46,668 nt of DNA from an uncultured Spirochaetia bacterium (GCA_964605455.1 CAZSCZ010000001.1:1-46668); one strand, 5' to 3'; counted from the stretch's first letter, positions 27,620-37,450 are shown. Notes: generated by a model from the letters alone, not told the origin. Numbers and translations are program-made.

Positions 27620-28522
27620 ATGAGGGCTTTAAAAAACGAATATATAGACCAAGAAAAATTTCTTAGATGGTTACGGACTGACAAAAAGTTTAGAGAAGAA
27701 GTTGTGCATATTATAGTAGAGGAATCTGATATAGTAACAAAAACTTATTTGGATATTCAACTTGCTAAACTTGCAAAGAGCTTTGATAAGAAATTAGAGA
27801 ATATGTCGCAGAAATTTGATGAGAAATTGGAGAATATGTCGCGAGAGTTTGATAAGAAATTAGAGAATATGTCACGAGAATTTGATAAGAAATTGGAGAA
27901 TATGTCGCAGAAATTTGATGAGAAATTGGAGAATATGTCGCGAGAGTTTGATAAGAAATTAGAGAATATGTCACGAGAATTTGATAAGAAATTAGAGAAT
28001 ATGTCGCAGAAATTTGATAGAAAGCTTAAGAAAATGACCAAAGAGTTTGATAAAAAGTTAAATGAGACCACACAAATTTTAACAACGAGCTTTGAAGATA
28101 GAATTAATGGACTTGGTGGACGGTGGGGTAAGGACAATGAATATGCTTTAAGAATTGGAATGAAAAGTATACTTGAGGAGGAGTTTAATGCAAGAGTAAG
28201 GCATTGGCATTATAACAAGAAGATATTAGCAATTCATCCACGAAGGGAAGAATATGAATTAGATTTAGTAATTACAGATGGCAAATTAATACTTATAGAA
28301 ATAAAAGGGAGCGTATTTGCCGAACAAGTTGAAGCATTTGCAGATAATATTGCTGCATATGAATATACTCATAAACGAAAAGCTACAAGACGATTAATTA
28401 TAACTCCTTATGCTGATTCAGAAGCGAAAAAATTAGCAGAGAAGTTAAATATAGAGATAATGTCACCACCTCTGAAATATTATAGGGAACAGATAAGTGA
28501 CTTTTATGGAACTATAACATAA
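27620..28522 (+). CDS. Coiled-coil repeat (DUF3782-like) protein fused to a PD-(D/E)XK nuclease-fold C-terminal domain
   Basis: Nine 11-aa FDKKLENMSxE repeats, then EYELDLVITDGKLILIEIKGS (D...E-x-K restriction-endonuclease-like motif). Confidence 0.65.
   Translation: MRALKNEYIDQEKFLRWLRTDKKFREEVVHIIVEESDIVTKTYLDIQLAKLAKSFDKKLENMSQKFDEKLENMSREFDKKLENMSREFDKKLENMSQKFDEKLENMSREFDKKLENMSREFDKKLENMSQKFDRKLKKMTKEFDKKLNETTQILTTSFEDRINGLGGRWGKDNEYALRIGMKSILEEEFNARVRHWHYNKKILAIHPRREEYELDLVITDGKLILIEIKGSVFAEQVEAFADNIAAYEYTHKRKATRRLIITPYADSEAKKLAEKLNIEIMSPPLKYYREQISDFYGTIT
27782..28078 (+). repeat. In-frame tandem repeat of 9 x 33 bp. Units 2-4 are duplicated as units 5-7, a 99-bp higher-order repeat with 1 mismatch.
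   Basis: Counted directly from the sequence. The last two units are degenerate. Confidence 0.95.
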
Positions 28523-28533
28523 ATATATAAATA

Positions 28534-28617
28534 GCCGAAATGGCGAAATTGGCAGACGCGCTGCATTCAGGGTGCCGTGGGCATAAGCCCGTGGGGGTTC
28601 AACTCCCCCTTTCGGCA
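28534..28617 (+). tRNA. tRNA-Leu(CAG), class II with a long variable arm. No CCA is encoded.
   Basis: Acceptor GCCGAAA/TTTCGGC, D-arm GGCGAAATTGGCAGACGCG, anticodon loop TTCAGGG and T-arm GGGGGTTCAACTCCCCC. It aligns well to E. coli tRNA-Leu(CAG). Confidence 0.9.
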
Positions 28618-28676
28618 AATTGTTGCTTCTCTTCCGTTTGGTCCTCAATAACTATGTTATATTACAAAATTTTAGC

Positions 28677-28704
28677 TTGATATTTAATAAAAATATATTA
28701 TAAT
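28677..28704 (+). promoter_or_regulatory. Promoter TTGATA-16-TATAAT, 13 nt upstream of the ATG at 28718 (very short leader, no SD)
   Basis: Hexamers read directly. Confidence 0.4.
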
Positions 28705-28717
28705 AACAACTAAATAG

Positions 28718-30100
28718 ATGGAAAAAGAAGCATTAAAATTAAACATACTTTTGTATTTCCCAGATGTATTCCCAGAAATAGATAAAGATAGTATAAATAA
28801 ATTGCAGCAGAATCTTTCGGAACTTGTTAATACCCAAAATCTACAACTTCAGAAAAAAATAAAAGAAATTTTTTTGAAAATTCTAAATTTTATAATTACC
28901 AAAAAATTAGATAATATAAATAATCTTAAGCCTATAGAGTTTTCACTAATTGAAAAACTTTTTATAGATTTTCTCTGGCTTGATTTAAGACTTTTTAAAT
29001 CAGGAAATACATTATATGAGAAAATATATGATATTATACATAACAAAGAAAAAGATAAAACCTTTAATAAAATCCTTTTTTTAACAGATTTTATAAAGAA
29101 TGAGATAGAAATCTTTACAGGACTGAAAAATTTCCTTAAAGAGAAAGAATCTAAAAAAGAATATGAAAAAGAGTTATTTAAACTTGAAGAAGAGAGAATG
29201 GAATTATCAAAAATTCGTGAAAAGCTTTTACTTAGTCTTGGTGGTGAAACAAATCAAGATATTAAAAAATATATAACTCAAAGCACAAAGCTTGAACAGG
29301 AAATTCCACATATTGCAGAGTATAATTTTAAAAGAAAAACAGGTCAGGCAATTTCTCCTCAAGAGCGAGATAACTTAATAAGGCTTGAAAAGGAGATAGA
29401 AGACGATAATGAATGGCGGGAAACTATTCTTTCAAATTTTGTTAAGCGCTATCCTAAAATTGTGCAAGAAATAAGAAAAATTAATAAAGCTATAGAAACA
29501 ATCTTAAATAAAGAAGGTGAAGTCCTCTTTTATTTAAATCAGAAAGAAAATTTTTTACAGAAATTTACAGAAAAAGATAGAATTATGGATAACGAGAAGA
29601 AACAGCAGGTTTTATATAAAATTTCATTTATATTGAACACTTTAATAGAAACCTGTTCTTCAGATGAATTCCTTCCATTTCAAGAAAGTGCGATAATTAT
29701 AGATGAAGGATTTATTGAAAATTTGGAATCACTTTACAAAAAAGAGGAAAAAATAATTAAACATCTTTTGGCAAGAAAGAAAGATATTCCTAAAATTTTA
29801 CTTTTGCCATTCACAAAAAAATCTTTTTATAATAAAGAAAATAACTTGCTTATTGCGCCAGTTTACAGCTCAAATTTTTTGCCAATATATGAAGCATTTG
29901 CATTATTTAAATGGCATTCTGACACATTACATGATGTTAAAGCAGGATATCACTTACTAAAACGAAACAGAGGCATTGAGCCTAATGTATTAGAAAAGAG
30001 ATTTGTAAAAGATTATGTGCTCTATTTAATGGATAAAAAAAAGTTACAGACTTCAGTAGATATAGAGACTTATAACTTTTTTGAGAGAATATTCAAGTAA
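28718..30100 (+). CDS. Hypothetical 460-aa Lys/Glu-rich, partly coiled-coil protein
   Basis: Long ORF with its own promoter. I recognise no domain. The C-terminal region carries WHSDTLHD...GYHLLKRNRG. Confidence 0.7.
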   Translation: MEKEALKLNILLYFPDVFPEIDKDSINKLQQNLSELVNTQNLQLQKKIKEIFLKILNFIITKKLDNINNLKPIEFSLIEKLFIDFLWLDLRLFKSGNTLYEKIYDIIHNKEKDKTFNKILFLTDFIKNEIEIFTGLKNFLKEKESKKEYEKELFKLEEERMELSKIREKLLLSLGGETNQDIKKYITQSTKLEQEIPHIAEYNFKRKTGQAISPQERDNLIRLEKEIEDDNEWRETILSNFVKRYPKIVQEIRKINKAIETILNKEGEVLFYLNQKENFLQKFTEKDRIMDNEKKQQVLYKISFILNTLIETCSSDEFLPFQESAIIIDEGFIENLESLYKKEEKIIKHLLARKKDIPKILLLPFTKKSFYNKENNLLIAPVYSSNFLPIYEAFALFKWHSDTLHDVKAGYHLLKRNRGIEPNVLEKRFVKDYVLYLMDKKKLQTSVDIETYNFFERIFK

Positions 30101-30868
30101 TTATTTTAAAAAAATTTTTTCTTTCTCTAAGATTTTTATTGCTTCAATTGCAATTTGGATAGATTCATCAATTCCTACTTTTTTTTCAATTGGTGAATCA
30201 TTCCAAGTTGAGCCGATAATAGCAAGAATAGAACCAACACGAACTTTTTTTATTGAACCTATTATAAAGAGTGCTGCCTCTTCCATTGAGGTGCATAATA
30301 CATTTGCTCTTTCCCATATTTTCCAGTTTTGCTCAACAATTTCTGCCATTGGTAGCTCTTTATTACCTTCTGTGTAAAAAGCGTCTTTTGTATGTGTAAT
30401 ACCAAGATGTGCTCTAAAATTTAGCCTATCTGCAGCTTTTTTTAAAGCCAGCATAACTTCAGGATGTGGTATTGCGGGATATATTGGCGGGACATACTGT
30501 ATTGATGTGCCCTCCTGTCTTACTGCCCCGGTTGCAATTACAACATCTCCTACTTGCACTTCGCTTTGAAGTGACCCAGCTGTGCCTACTCTTATAAATG
30601 TATTAGCGCCAACTTTTATAAGCTCTTCAATTGCAATTGCTGCAGAAGGACATCCTATCCCGGTTGATGTCGCAGAGATTTTGATCCCATCAATTTCTCC
30701 AGTATAAGTAGTATATTCCCTATTTTCTGCAATTTTCTTTGCTTTATCAAAATAGGATGCAATTTTGCTCACACGCGCCGGATCACCCGGTAGTAAAACA
30801 TATTTTCCTACATCCCCTTCTTTTAATCCAATATGATATTGCTTTGCTTTCTCAATTTCGCCACTCAT
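30101..30868 (-). CDS. udp: Uridine phosphorylase (PNP/UDP-1 family)
   Basis: LLPGDPARV, REYTTYTGEIDG..ISATSTGIGCPSAAIAIEEL and IRVGTAGSLQ align closely to E. coli Udp. Confidence 0.85.
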   Translation of the reverse strand: MSGEIEKAKQYHIGLKEGDVGKYVLLPGDPARVSKIASYFDKAKKIAENREYTTYTGEIDGIKISATSTGIGCPSAAIAIEELIKVGANTFIRVGTAGSLQSEVQVGDVVIATGAVRQEGTSIQYVPPIYPAIPHPEVMLALKKAADRLNFRAHLGITHTKDAFYTEGNKELPMAEIVEQNWKIWERANVLCTSMEEAALFIIGSIKKVRVGSILAIIGSTWNDSPIEKKVGIDESIQIAIEAIKILEKEKIFLK

Positions 30869-30921
30869 TTTATACCCTCCAACATAAAATTTGAACTTTC
30901 CCCAAATTTGTTCTTGAATAA

Positions 30922-30950
30922 AGTTTATTCTAATCTAAAGAAGATGTCAA
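30922..30950 (-). promoter_or_regulatory. Candidate udp promoter TTGACA-17-TAAACT (minus strand)
   Basis: Read as the reverse complement. GGAGGG lies 6 nt before the udp ATG. Confidence 0.35.
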
Positions 30951-31227
30951 GTAATTATTTATTGACTTCTTTTTAAATATTAATAAATTATGACTAAAAC
31001 ATTTAAATTGGATTGTAATCAAATGAATAAATTTTATATAATTCAACAGACAATGGTTTTAACTCTATCTAATAAACAACAGAGATGCACAGAGATGAGG
31101 CACTAACTGAAATAATATGAATTAAAATTTCTTAGGAGGTTTAGAGATTCCCAACTATATTATTTAAGCGATTAAATCAATAATTTGTGAAAAAGTGTTC
31201 AAAAAATAAATCAAAAGGTATTACAAA

Positions 31228-32406
31228 ATGAATAAAAGGAATAAAAAGAAATGGCTGCCTAAAAATGTATTTATGCTTGGATTTGTAAGTTTTTTTACTG
31301 ATTTATCCACAGAAATGATTTATCCTTTATTACCTCTTTTCCTTTCTACAACATTAGGGGCGAGTAGAGGAATGATTGGACTTATTGAAGGAATTGCTGA
31401 GACTACAGCAAGTATATTAAAAGTATTTTCAGGTTATATTTCAGATAAAATAAAGAAGCGAAAATTTTTAGTATTTTTAGGTTATACACTTTCTACTATA
31501 ACAAAGCCATTTTTTTCTATTGCTACAAGAGCCTGGCATGTCCTTTTTGTTAGATTTTTGGATAGAGTAGGTAAGGGTATTCGGACTTCACCTCGTGACG
31601 CTTTAATAGCAGATTCTATTAATGAAAATATAAGAGGCAGAGCTTTTGGATTTCATAGAGCAATGGATACACTTGGAGCTGTTTTTGGACCTCTTACAGC
31701 ATTTCTTCTACTGCCACTTGTTAATAATAATTATCGCACTATATTTCTTATCTCATTTATTCCAGGTGTTATTGCTGTATCTGTAGTACTTTTCTTTGTA
31801 AAAGAAAGAATTACATCAAAGTCAAAAGCTCAAAAAGTAAAGATAATTTTTAAAAACCTTACACCAGAATTTAAATTATTCGTTATACTCTCTGCAATAT
31901 TTACACTTGGCAATTCTTCTGGTGCTTTTCTTATACTTCGTGCTATAACTGTAGATATTTCACCTAAAATGATTCCAATATTATGGCTGATATTTAATGT
32001 AGTTTATACTATTGCAGCAACTCCCAGTGGTATATTGTCGGATAAAATAGGCAGAAAACCTGTTATTATTATTGGTTTTATGATTTACACTCTTGTATAT
32101 GTTGGATTCGCATTTGCTAATGCTGCTTTCCAGGTATGGATTTTATTTATAATTTATGGAATATATTATGGTATAATTGAGGTAAATTTCAGAGCTTATG
32201 TTGCAGATCTTGTGCCATCTAACATTAGAGCAACAGCTTATGGTGTATTTCATACAACTGTAGGAATTACAGCATTTCCTGCAAGTGTAATTATGGGTGT
32301 ATTATGGGATTCAGTTGGTGTAAAGTTCGCATTTCTTTTTGGTGCAGCGCTCGCATTGATTAGTGGCACAGGACTTATTTTTCTTAAAACTAAGAAGATG
32401 AGGTGA
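31228..32406 (+). CDS. MFS transporter
   Basis: About 12 predicted TM segments and a DRVGKGIRTSPRDAL loop motif between TM2 and TM3. Confidence 0.8.
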   Translation: MNKRNKKKWLPKNVFMLGFVSFFTDLSTEMIYPLLPLFLSTTLGASRGMIGLIEGIAETTASILKVFSGYISDKIKKRKFLVFLGYTLSTITKPFFSIATRAWHVLFVRFLDRVGKGIRTSPRDALIADSINENIRGRAFGFHRAMDTLGAVFGPLTAFLLLPLVNNNYRTIFLISFIPGVIAVSVVLFFVKERITSKSKAQKVKIIFKNLTPEFKLFVILSAIFTLGNSSGAFLILRAITVDISPKMIPILWLIFNVVYTIAATPSGILSDKIGRKPVIIIGFMIYTLVYVGFAFANAAFQVWILFIIYGIYYGIIEVNFRAYVADLVPSNIRATAYGVFHTTVGITAFPASVIMGVLWDSVGVKFAFLFGAALALISGTGLIFLKTKKMR

Positions 32407-32413
32407 ACCCCAA

Positions 32414-33289
32414 ATGATTAAGAGTATGACAGGTTTTGGATATAATGAATTCGTTTATAATAATTTCCGATTTATAGTAAATATAAAAACAGTTAATTCA
32501 AGGTTCCTTGATATAAAGATAAATCTGCCTCAAGAATTAATTCATACTGAACCAAAAATTGTGGACCTTGTTCATAATAAAATAAATCGCGGAAAAGTTG
32601 AGTTTAATTTATGGATTGAAGAATTACCTCAAACAAAACCTCATATAAAAGTAAATTATCCTCTGTTAGAGGAATATATTAAAATTTTAAAGCATATAAA
32701 TGTAAAATACAATATGAACTCCCAAGTAAATATTACCGAGCTTTTAAAAATAAATGGAATGCTAAAAGTTACTTACCAGACGCAGCATATTGAATATAAC
32801 CGAACAATTGAAAATGGTATTCTTAAAGCATTGAATAATTTAAATAAAATGCGAGCAAAGGAGGGGAAGATTCTTTATAAAAATTTTATTTTTCTTTTAA
32901 GCGAAATAAGAACAAATCTCAAAAAGATAAAAAAACAACTTCCTATAATTATGAAAAAATATGAAGAAAGAATTAAGAAAAAGGTTCTGGATTTAATAGA
33001 TGCGAAGAAATATGATGAAAATAGGATACTAATGGAAGTAGCATTGTTTGCCGATAAAATTGATATCAATGAAGAAACCGAAAGAATAGAAAGTCATATT
33101 ATGCAAATGAAAGATTATTTAAGGGCATCTCAACCTTCTGGAAGGCAGATGGAATTTCTCCTTCAAGAGATGTTAAGAGAGATAAATACTGTTAGCTCAA
33201 AAATTGCTGATGTTAAAGTTACAAAAAATGTTATAAAGATAAAAGAAAGCATTGAAAAATTAAAGGAACAGGTGCGAAATATAGAATAA
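32414..33289 (+). CDS. yicC: YicC/YloC-family stress-induced endoribonuclease
   Basis: MIKSMTGFG N-terminus and C-terminal GRQMEFLLQEMLREINT. It sits in the conserved position before gmk. Confidence 0.88.
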   Translation: MIKSMTGFGYNEFVYNNFRFIVNIKTVNSRFLDIKINLPQELIHTEPKIVDLVHNKINRGKVEFNLWIEELPQTKPHIKVNYPLLEEYIKILKHINVKYNMNSQVNITELLKINGMLKVTYQTQHIEYNRTIENGILKALNNLNKMRAKEGKILYKNFIFLLSEIRTNLKKIKKQLPIIMKKYEERIKKKVLDLIDAKKYDENRILMEVALFADKIDINEETERIESHIMQMKDYLRASQPSGRQMEFLLQEMLREINTVSSKIADVKVTKNVIKIKESIEKLKEQVRNIE

Positions 33290-33294
33290 AGGGA

Positions 33295-33858
33295 ATGGGA
33301 ATGAAGCGAGGAAAAGTTATTGTGATTTCTGCACCATCGGGTACAGGCAAAACTACAATATGTAAAGAACTTTTAAAGAATATAAAAAATCTTAAATATT
33401 CTATTTCTACTACTACTCGGCCCAAAAGAGCAGGCGAGAAAGATGGTTTTGATTACTTTTTTGTGAGTGAGAAAGAGTTTAAAAGCTTGATAAAAGAAAA
33501 TTATTTTGTTGAATGGCAAAAAGTCCATAATTATTATTATGGAACTTCAAAAGAATTTCTTGAGAAAACACTTAATTCAGGGTTTCATTGTCTCCTTGAT
33601 ATTGATGTTAAAGGTGGATGTAATTTAATGAAGCAATATCCTGATGGAATATTTATTTTTCTTGCACCTCCATCTTTAAATGAACTTGAAAAAAGACTCA
33701 AGCAACGCGGAACTGAGAATGAAAAAGATTTAAAAGTTAGACTTAAAAATGCAGAAAAAGAAATGAAATATAAAAAATATTATGATTATGTGGTAATAAA
33801 CAATAAATTGGACGAGACAGTAAATAAAATAGTTGAAATTATAAAAAATAATGTGTAA
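33295..33858 (+). CDS. gmk: Guanylate kinase
   Basis: SAPSGTGKTT P-loop and TTRPKRAGEKDGFDYFFVS. Confidence 0.95.
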   Translation: MGMKRGKVIVISAPSGTGKTTICKELLKNIKNLKYSISTTTRPKRAGEKDGFDYFFVSEKEFKSLIKENYFVEWQKVHNYYYGTSKEFLEKTLNSGFHCLLDIDVKGGCNLMKQYPDGIFIFLAPPSLNELEKRLKQRGTENEKDLKVRLKNAEKEMKYKKYYDYVVINNKLDETVNKIVEIIKNNV

Positions 33859-33916
33859 ATTTAGAAGTCACGATTAGTTTCTTTTCAACAGTTCAGATAT
33901 GGGAGGTAGTTATAAT

Positions 33917-34117
33917 ATGAAATTTCCGTTGGATAAAGTGTTGAAATTCAATAAAAATAAATATGAAACTTCAGTAGCTATGATGAGATATGCTGATAAA
34001 ATAGAAGCACAGCCTGAACTTCTTACTGAATATTCTGAGAAAGATAGGGATAAAAGAGTTGCTATTATTATAAATGATATTCTTTCAGAGAAAGTGAAAT
34101 ATAAGAAAGGTGAATAA
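33917..34117 (+). CDS. rpoZ: DNA-directed RNA polymerase subunit omega (divergent)
   Basis: Conserved gmk-rpoZ order. NKYETSVAMMRYADKI resembles the NRY-x-L-x-x-x-A-x-RAR core. I prefer the ATG at 33917 (GGAGG 10 nt upstream) over 33899. Confidence 0.6.
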   Translation: MKFPLDKVLKFNKNKYETSVAMMRYADKIEAQPELLTEYSEKDRDKRVAIIINDILSEKVKYKKGE

Positions 34118-35036
34118 GAAGCCCTTAATTATTATATGTGGTCCCACATCTTCAGGGAAAACAGAGATTTCTGTAAAATTAGCCGTAAAAATCGGTGAAA
34201 TTATCTCTGCTGATTCAATGCAGGTTTATAAATATATGGATATTGGTACAGCAAAGCCTGAGAAAAAATTATTAAATATTGTAAAACATTATATGATTGA
34301 TATAATTACACCAGATAAAGATTTTTCAGCGTGCGAATTTAAAACAAGAGCAGAAAGAATAATTAATGATTTATATAAAAGAAAAAAAATTCCATTTGTG
34401 GTTGGTGGAACAGGACTTTATATAAGAGCATTGATTTATGGATTATCAGATGCCCCAGGTAGAGACCCTGTTTTGAGAAAAAGACTAAAAGAATTAACTG
34501 ATTCAAAAGGTATTAAATATCTTTACGAAAAATTAAAAGAAGTAGATCCACAATATGCTACAAAAATATCACCAAATGACTCTATAAGAATTATCCGCGC
34601 TTTGGAAGTTTATAAACTTACAGGTACACCATTTTCAAAATTTTGTGAAGCTCATATAAAGATTCCTCAATACAATGCCTTATGGATTGGACTTAATATT
34701 GAGAGAAAGAAACTTTATGAGAAAATTAATCAAAGAACAGAAAAAATGTTTCAAAATGGACTTGTAGATGAGACCAAAAGACTTCTTGATATGGGCTATT
34801 CTGAAGATATTATTAAAAAAAGAGGGATAGGATATAGTGATGTAATAGATTATCTTCAGGGAAAGATTTCACTTGAGACCGCAATTGAAAATGTCAAGAA
34901 AAAAACGCGACATTACGCTAAAAGACAACTTACCTGGTTTAGAAAAGAAAAAGATATCAAATGGTTTTCTCCACAACAGTTTAATGAAATTCAGGAGTTA
35001 ATTGAAAGATGGATTGAAAATATAAATTTTAACTAA
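34110..35036 (+). CDS. miaA: tRNA dimethylallyltransferase
   Basis: GPTSSGKTEISVKLA P-loop, DSMQVYKYMDIGTAKP and QLTWFR. Confidence 0.95.
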   Translation: MNKKPLIIICGPTSSGKTEISVKLAVKIGEIISADSMQVYKYMDIGTAKPEKKLLNIVKHYMIDIITPDKDFSACEFKTRAERIINDLYKRKKIPFVVGGTGLYIRALIYGLSDAPGRDPVLRKRLKELTDSKGIKYLYEKLKEVDPQYATKISPNDSIRIIRALEVYKLTGTPFSKFCEAHIKIPQYNALWIGLNIERKKLYEKINQRTEKMFQNGLVDETKRLLDMGYSEDIIKKRGIGYSDVIDYLQGKISLETAIENVKKKTRHYAKRQLTWFRKEKDIKWFSPQQFNEIQELIERWIENINFN

Positions 35037-35049
35037 ATGGGAGGTTAAT

Positions 35050-35259
35050 TTGGTTATGCAAAGTTCCAAAAAAGTTTCTATGCAGGATGAGTTCCTCAGT
35101 AATGCAAAAGCAAATAAAAAAGAATTAACATTTTATCTTGTGAATGGTTTGCCAATTAAAGGAAAAGTTAAAACTTTTGATAACTTTACTATACTTGTTG
35201 AAAAAGAAGGAAAGAATCTGTTAATATATAAACATGCAATATCAACAATTGCAGAATAG
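35050..35259 (+). CDS. hfq: RNA chaperone Hfq
   Basis: Sm motifs LVNGLPIKGKVKTFDNFTILV and YKHAISTI, with miaA-hfq synteny. The start is either the TTG at 35050 or the ATG at 35056. Confidence 0.93.
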   Translation: MVMQSSKKVSMQDEFLSNAKANKKELTFYLVNGLPIKGKVKTFDNFTILVEKEGKNLLIYKHAISTIAE

Positions 35260-35263
35260 TTAA

Positions 35264-36022
35264 ATGAAAAAAATATTTAAAAGATTCATTTTGTTACTAA
35301 TTATATTTGTAGCGGGATATTTCTTTGTAACATCAATTTTAATTGTTCCGGAGGGTTATAGATGTATTGTTAAATCTAAAACTTCCGGCACATTACACAA
35401 AAATTTTTACAAAAGAATTAATTTTGTATGGCAAAAAGGAATACCATTTAATACAAAGGTTGTAAAATTACCTCTTAACTTTCAAAAGTCTAAATTTGAT
35501 GTTAAAAAGAAAATCGTAATCTTTCATAAAGAAATTGAAAATGTATATCTACGCATAAATTTAAAATGGAAGATTAATAAACAAAAATTTATTACTCTTG
35601 CCTCTGAATTTTCTACAAAGCAGATGATAGAAAATTATTTTAAAATGATATTACAGGAATTTTTAGATAAAAAAGTGGATTATATCCTTGCAAAAAGAAT
35701 GGATTTTAGAAAAAGCTTCCAGTCAATAGAAAAAGAGATCTCAGATATATTAAATGAGAAAGCCCAAAAGAAAGGAATTGAAATTATTAATATAGAAGTT
35801 ATTCCAAAACATATTCCTTATTTTTTGAGTATTGATAGACTTTATTCTTATGCAGAAAAATTAACAGAATTTCAGGTCATTGGAAAGTATATTAAAGAGA
35901 ACCCTATAATTTTAAAATATCTATTGATTCAAAAGATTAATAAAAATACAAGTTTAACAATAATGCCGGAAAGTAATGAATGGTATGGAAATAAAAATAA
36001 AAAAGATTCTGGAAAAAAGTAA
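35264..36022 (+). CDS. Membrane-anchored SPFH/band-7-like protein (HflC/HflK-like position after hfq)
   Basis: N-terminal TM segment, then IVPEGYRCIV and a distal GIEIINIEVI motif, as in SPFH domains. The sequence is divergent. Confidence 0.45.
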   Translation: MKKIFKRFILLLIIFVAGYFFVTSILIVPEGYRCIVKSKTSGTLHKNFYKRINFVWQKGIPFNTKVVKLPLNFQKSKFDVKKKIVIFHKEIENVYLRINLKWKINKQKFITLASEFSTKQMIENYFKMILQEFLDKKVDYILAKRMDFRKSFQSIEKEISDILNEKAQKKGIEIINIEVIPKHIPYFLSIDRLYSYAEKLTEFQVIGKYIKENPIILKYLLIQKINKNTSLTIMPESNEWYGNKNKKDSGKK

Positions 36023-37355
36023 TTCAGAGTTTGCTGAAATTCATATTGAAAACAAAAAAGTTACTTCTTTTTCTCTTTCAAATAGCCAAATAGAGCAGCT
36101 TGAAACAAAAGAAGTTTTAAGGGGAAATATTCGGGTTCTAAAAAATGGGCAATGGGGATTTGTTTCATTTAATGATATATCATTACTTGAGACTTACATT
36201 AAAATGGCAGAGGAGCAAGCTAATACTATTTCTCTTTATATAAAAGAGAAAAGGAAGGTTTTGCCATTTAAACCAGTTAAAGCCCATTATAGAACTGAAT
36301 TTAAGATTAATCCTTTAGATGTTTCATTAGAAGAAAAATATGGATTGGCTATGAAATATGATTCAATATTAAAAAAGCATAAAAGATTACAGAATCGGAA
36401 AATTTTTTATGCAGATAGGGAAGAGAAATTATATTATGGCAATACCGAAGGAAGCCTGATAACACAGGATAAAATTTTTACAGGAATTTTGATTTATGCT
36501 GTAGCAAAAGATGGAAATAATATACAGACTGCATCTGAATCTTTTGGTGGATATAAAGGTTATGAAGTGGTGAAGGATTTAGATGAAGTTGTAGATAATA
36601 TAGGGAAGATAGCTGAAGATATGCTTGATGCAAAACAGATTGAAGGGGGATATTATACAGTGGTTCTTGACCAAAAACTTGCAGGTGTTTTTGCTCATGA
36701 GGCATTTGGACATCTTTCAGAAGCAGATTTTATTTATGAAAATGAAAGATTAAAAAATATTATGCAAATTGGAAGAAGGTTTGGAACAGATGATTTGAAT
36801 ATTATTGATGAAGGTTTTATACAGGGTGAGGCAGGATTTATTTTTATAGATGACGAGGGTGTTATACCACAGAAAACATACCTTATTAAAAATGGAATCC
36901 TTAATAGCAGACTACATTCAAGAGAAACTGCGTATAAAATGAAGGAAGAACTTACAGGTAATGCCCGCGCTATAGATGCTTTCCATCAGCCAATTGTTAG
37001 AATGACAAATACTTATATTGATAAAGGGAAATACTCATTTGAGGAAATGATAAATTCTGTGGATGATGGGATATATGCTGTTGATTATAGAGGTGGTCAG
37101 ACAAACCTTGAAATGTTTACTTTTTCTGCTGCAAGAGCATATAGAATTAAAAATGGGAAAATTCAAGAAACTCTTAAAAATGTGGTGCTTACAGGAAATG
37201 TTTTTGAAACTCTTAAAAATATTGAGATGATAGGTAATGATTTGAAACTTTTTGGTGGACTTGGTGGATGTGGAAAGGCAGGACAGTCGCCTTTACCTGT
37301 TTCAACAGGTGCACCTCATATTAAAATAAAAAATGTTCTTATCGGTGGAATATAA
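35976..37355 (+). CDS. tldD: TldD-family metalloprotease
   Basis: HEAFGHLSEAD (HExxxH) and a C-terminal GGCGKAGQ..P motif. The start may be the ATG at 35985. Confidence 0.88.
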   Translation: MNGMEIKIKKILEKSNSEFAEIHIENKKVTSFSLSNSQIEQLETKEVLRGNIRVLKNGQWGFVSFNDISLLETYIKMAEEQANTISLYIKEKRKVLPFKPVKAHYRTEFKINPLDVSLEEKYGLAMKYDSILKKHKRLQNRKIFYADREEKLYYGNTEGSLITQDKIFTGILIYAVAKDGNNIQTASESFGGYKGYEVVKDLDEVVDNIGKIAEDMLDAKQIEGGYYTVVLDQKLAGVFAHEAFGHLSEADFIYENERLKNIMQIGRRFGTDDLNIIDEGFIQGEAGFIFIDDEGVIPQKTYLIKNGILNSRLHSRETAYKMKEELTGNARAIDAFHQPIVRMTNTYIDKGKYSFEEMINSVDDGIYAVDYRGGQTNLEMFTFSAARAYRIKNGKIQETLKNVVLTGNVFETLKNIEMIGNDLKLFGGLGGCGKAGQSPLPVSTGAPHIKIKNVLIGGI

Positions 37356-37450
37356 AATATAGTCGCAAAATATAATTTGATCTGTAGTGCGGTATTTTAC
37401 ATACCAACCAATATTTGCTTGTTCCTTTACTTAATTCGGAGCTATAACCT

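Noticed and set aside
28561-28575. Alternative reading of the tRNA anticodon loop as ATTCAGG, giving anticodon TCA (an opal suppressor or Sec-like tRNA)
   Set aside because: That register gives a poorer anticodon stem (one mismatch plus two G-U pairs). The TTCAGGG register aligns position for position with E. coli tRNA-Leu(CAG). In addition, TGA is used as a normal stop, for example at 543-545.
28463-28648. A 61-aa minus-strand ORF
   Set aside because: It overlaps the tRNA-Leu gene, and its translation (…GGVEPPRAYAHGT…) is simply the tRNA read antisense.
30098-30103. Convergent genes (28718..30100 + and udp -) whose stop codons abut with no spacer or terminator
   Set aside because: This is compact-genome packing. 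It is noted but is not evidence of anything unusual on its own.
30990-31106. A 38-codon ORF (MTKTFKLDCNQMNKF…) in the udp/MFS divergent spacer
   Set aside because: It has no Shine-Dalgarno sequence and no recognisable features. It is likely a chance ORF.
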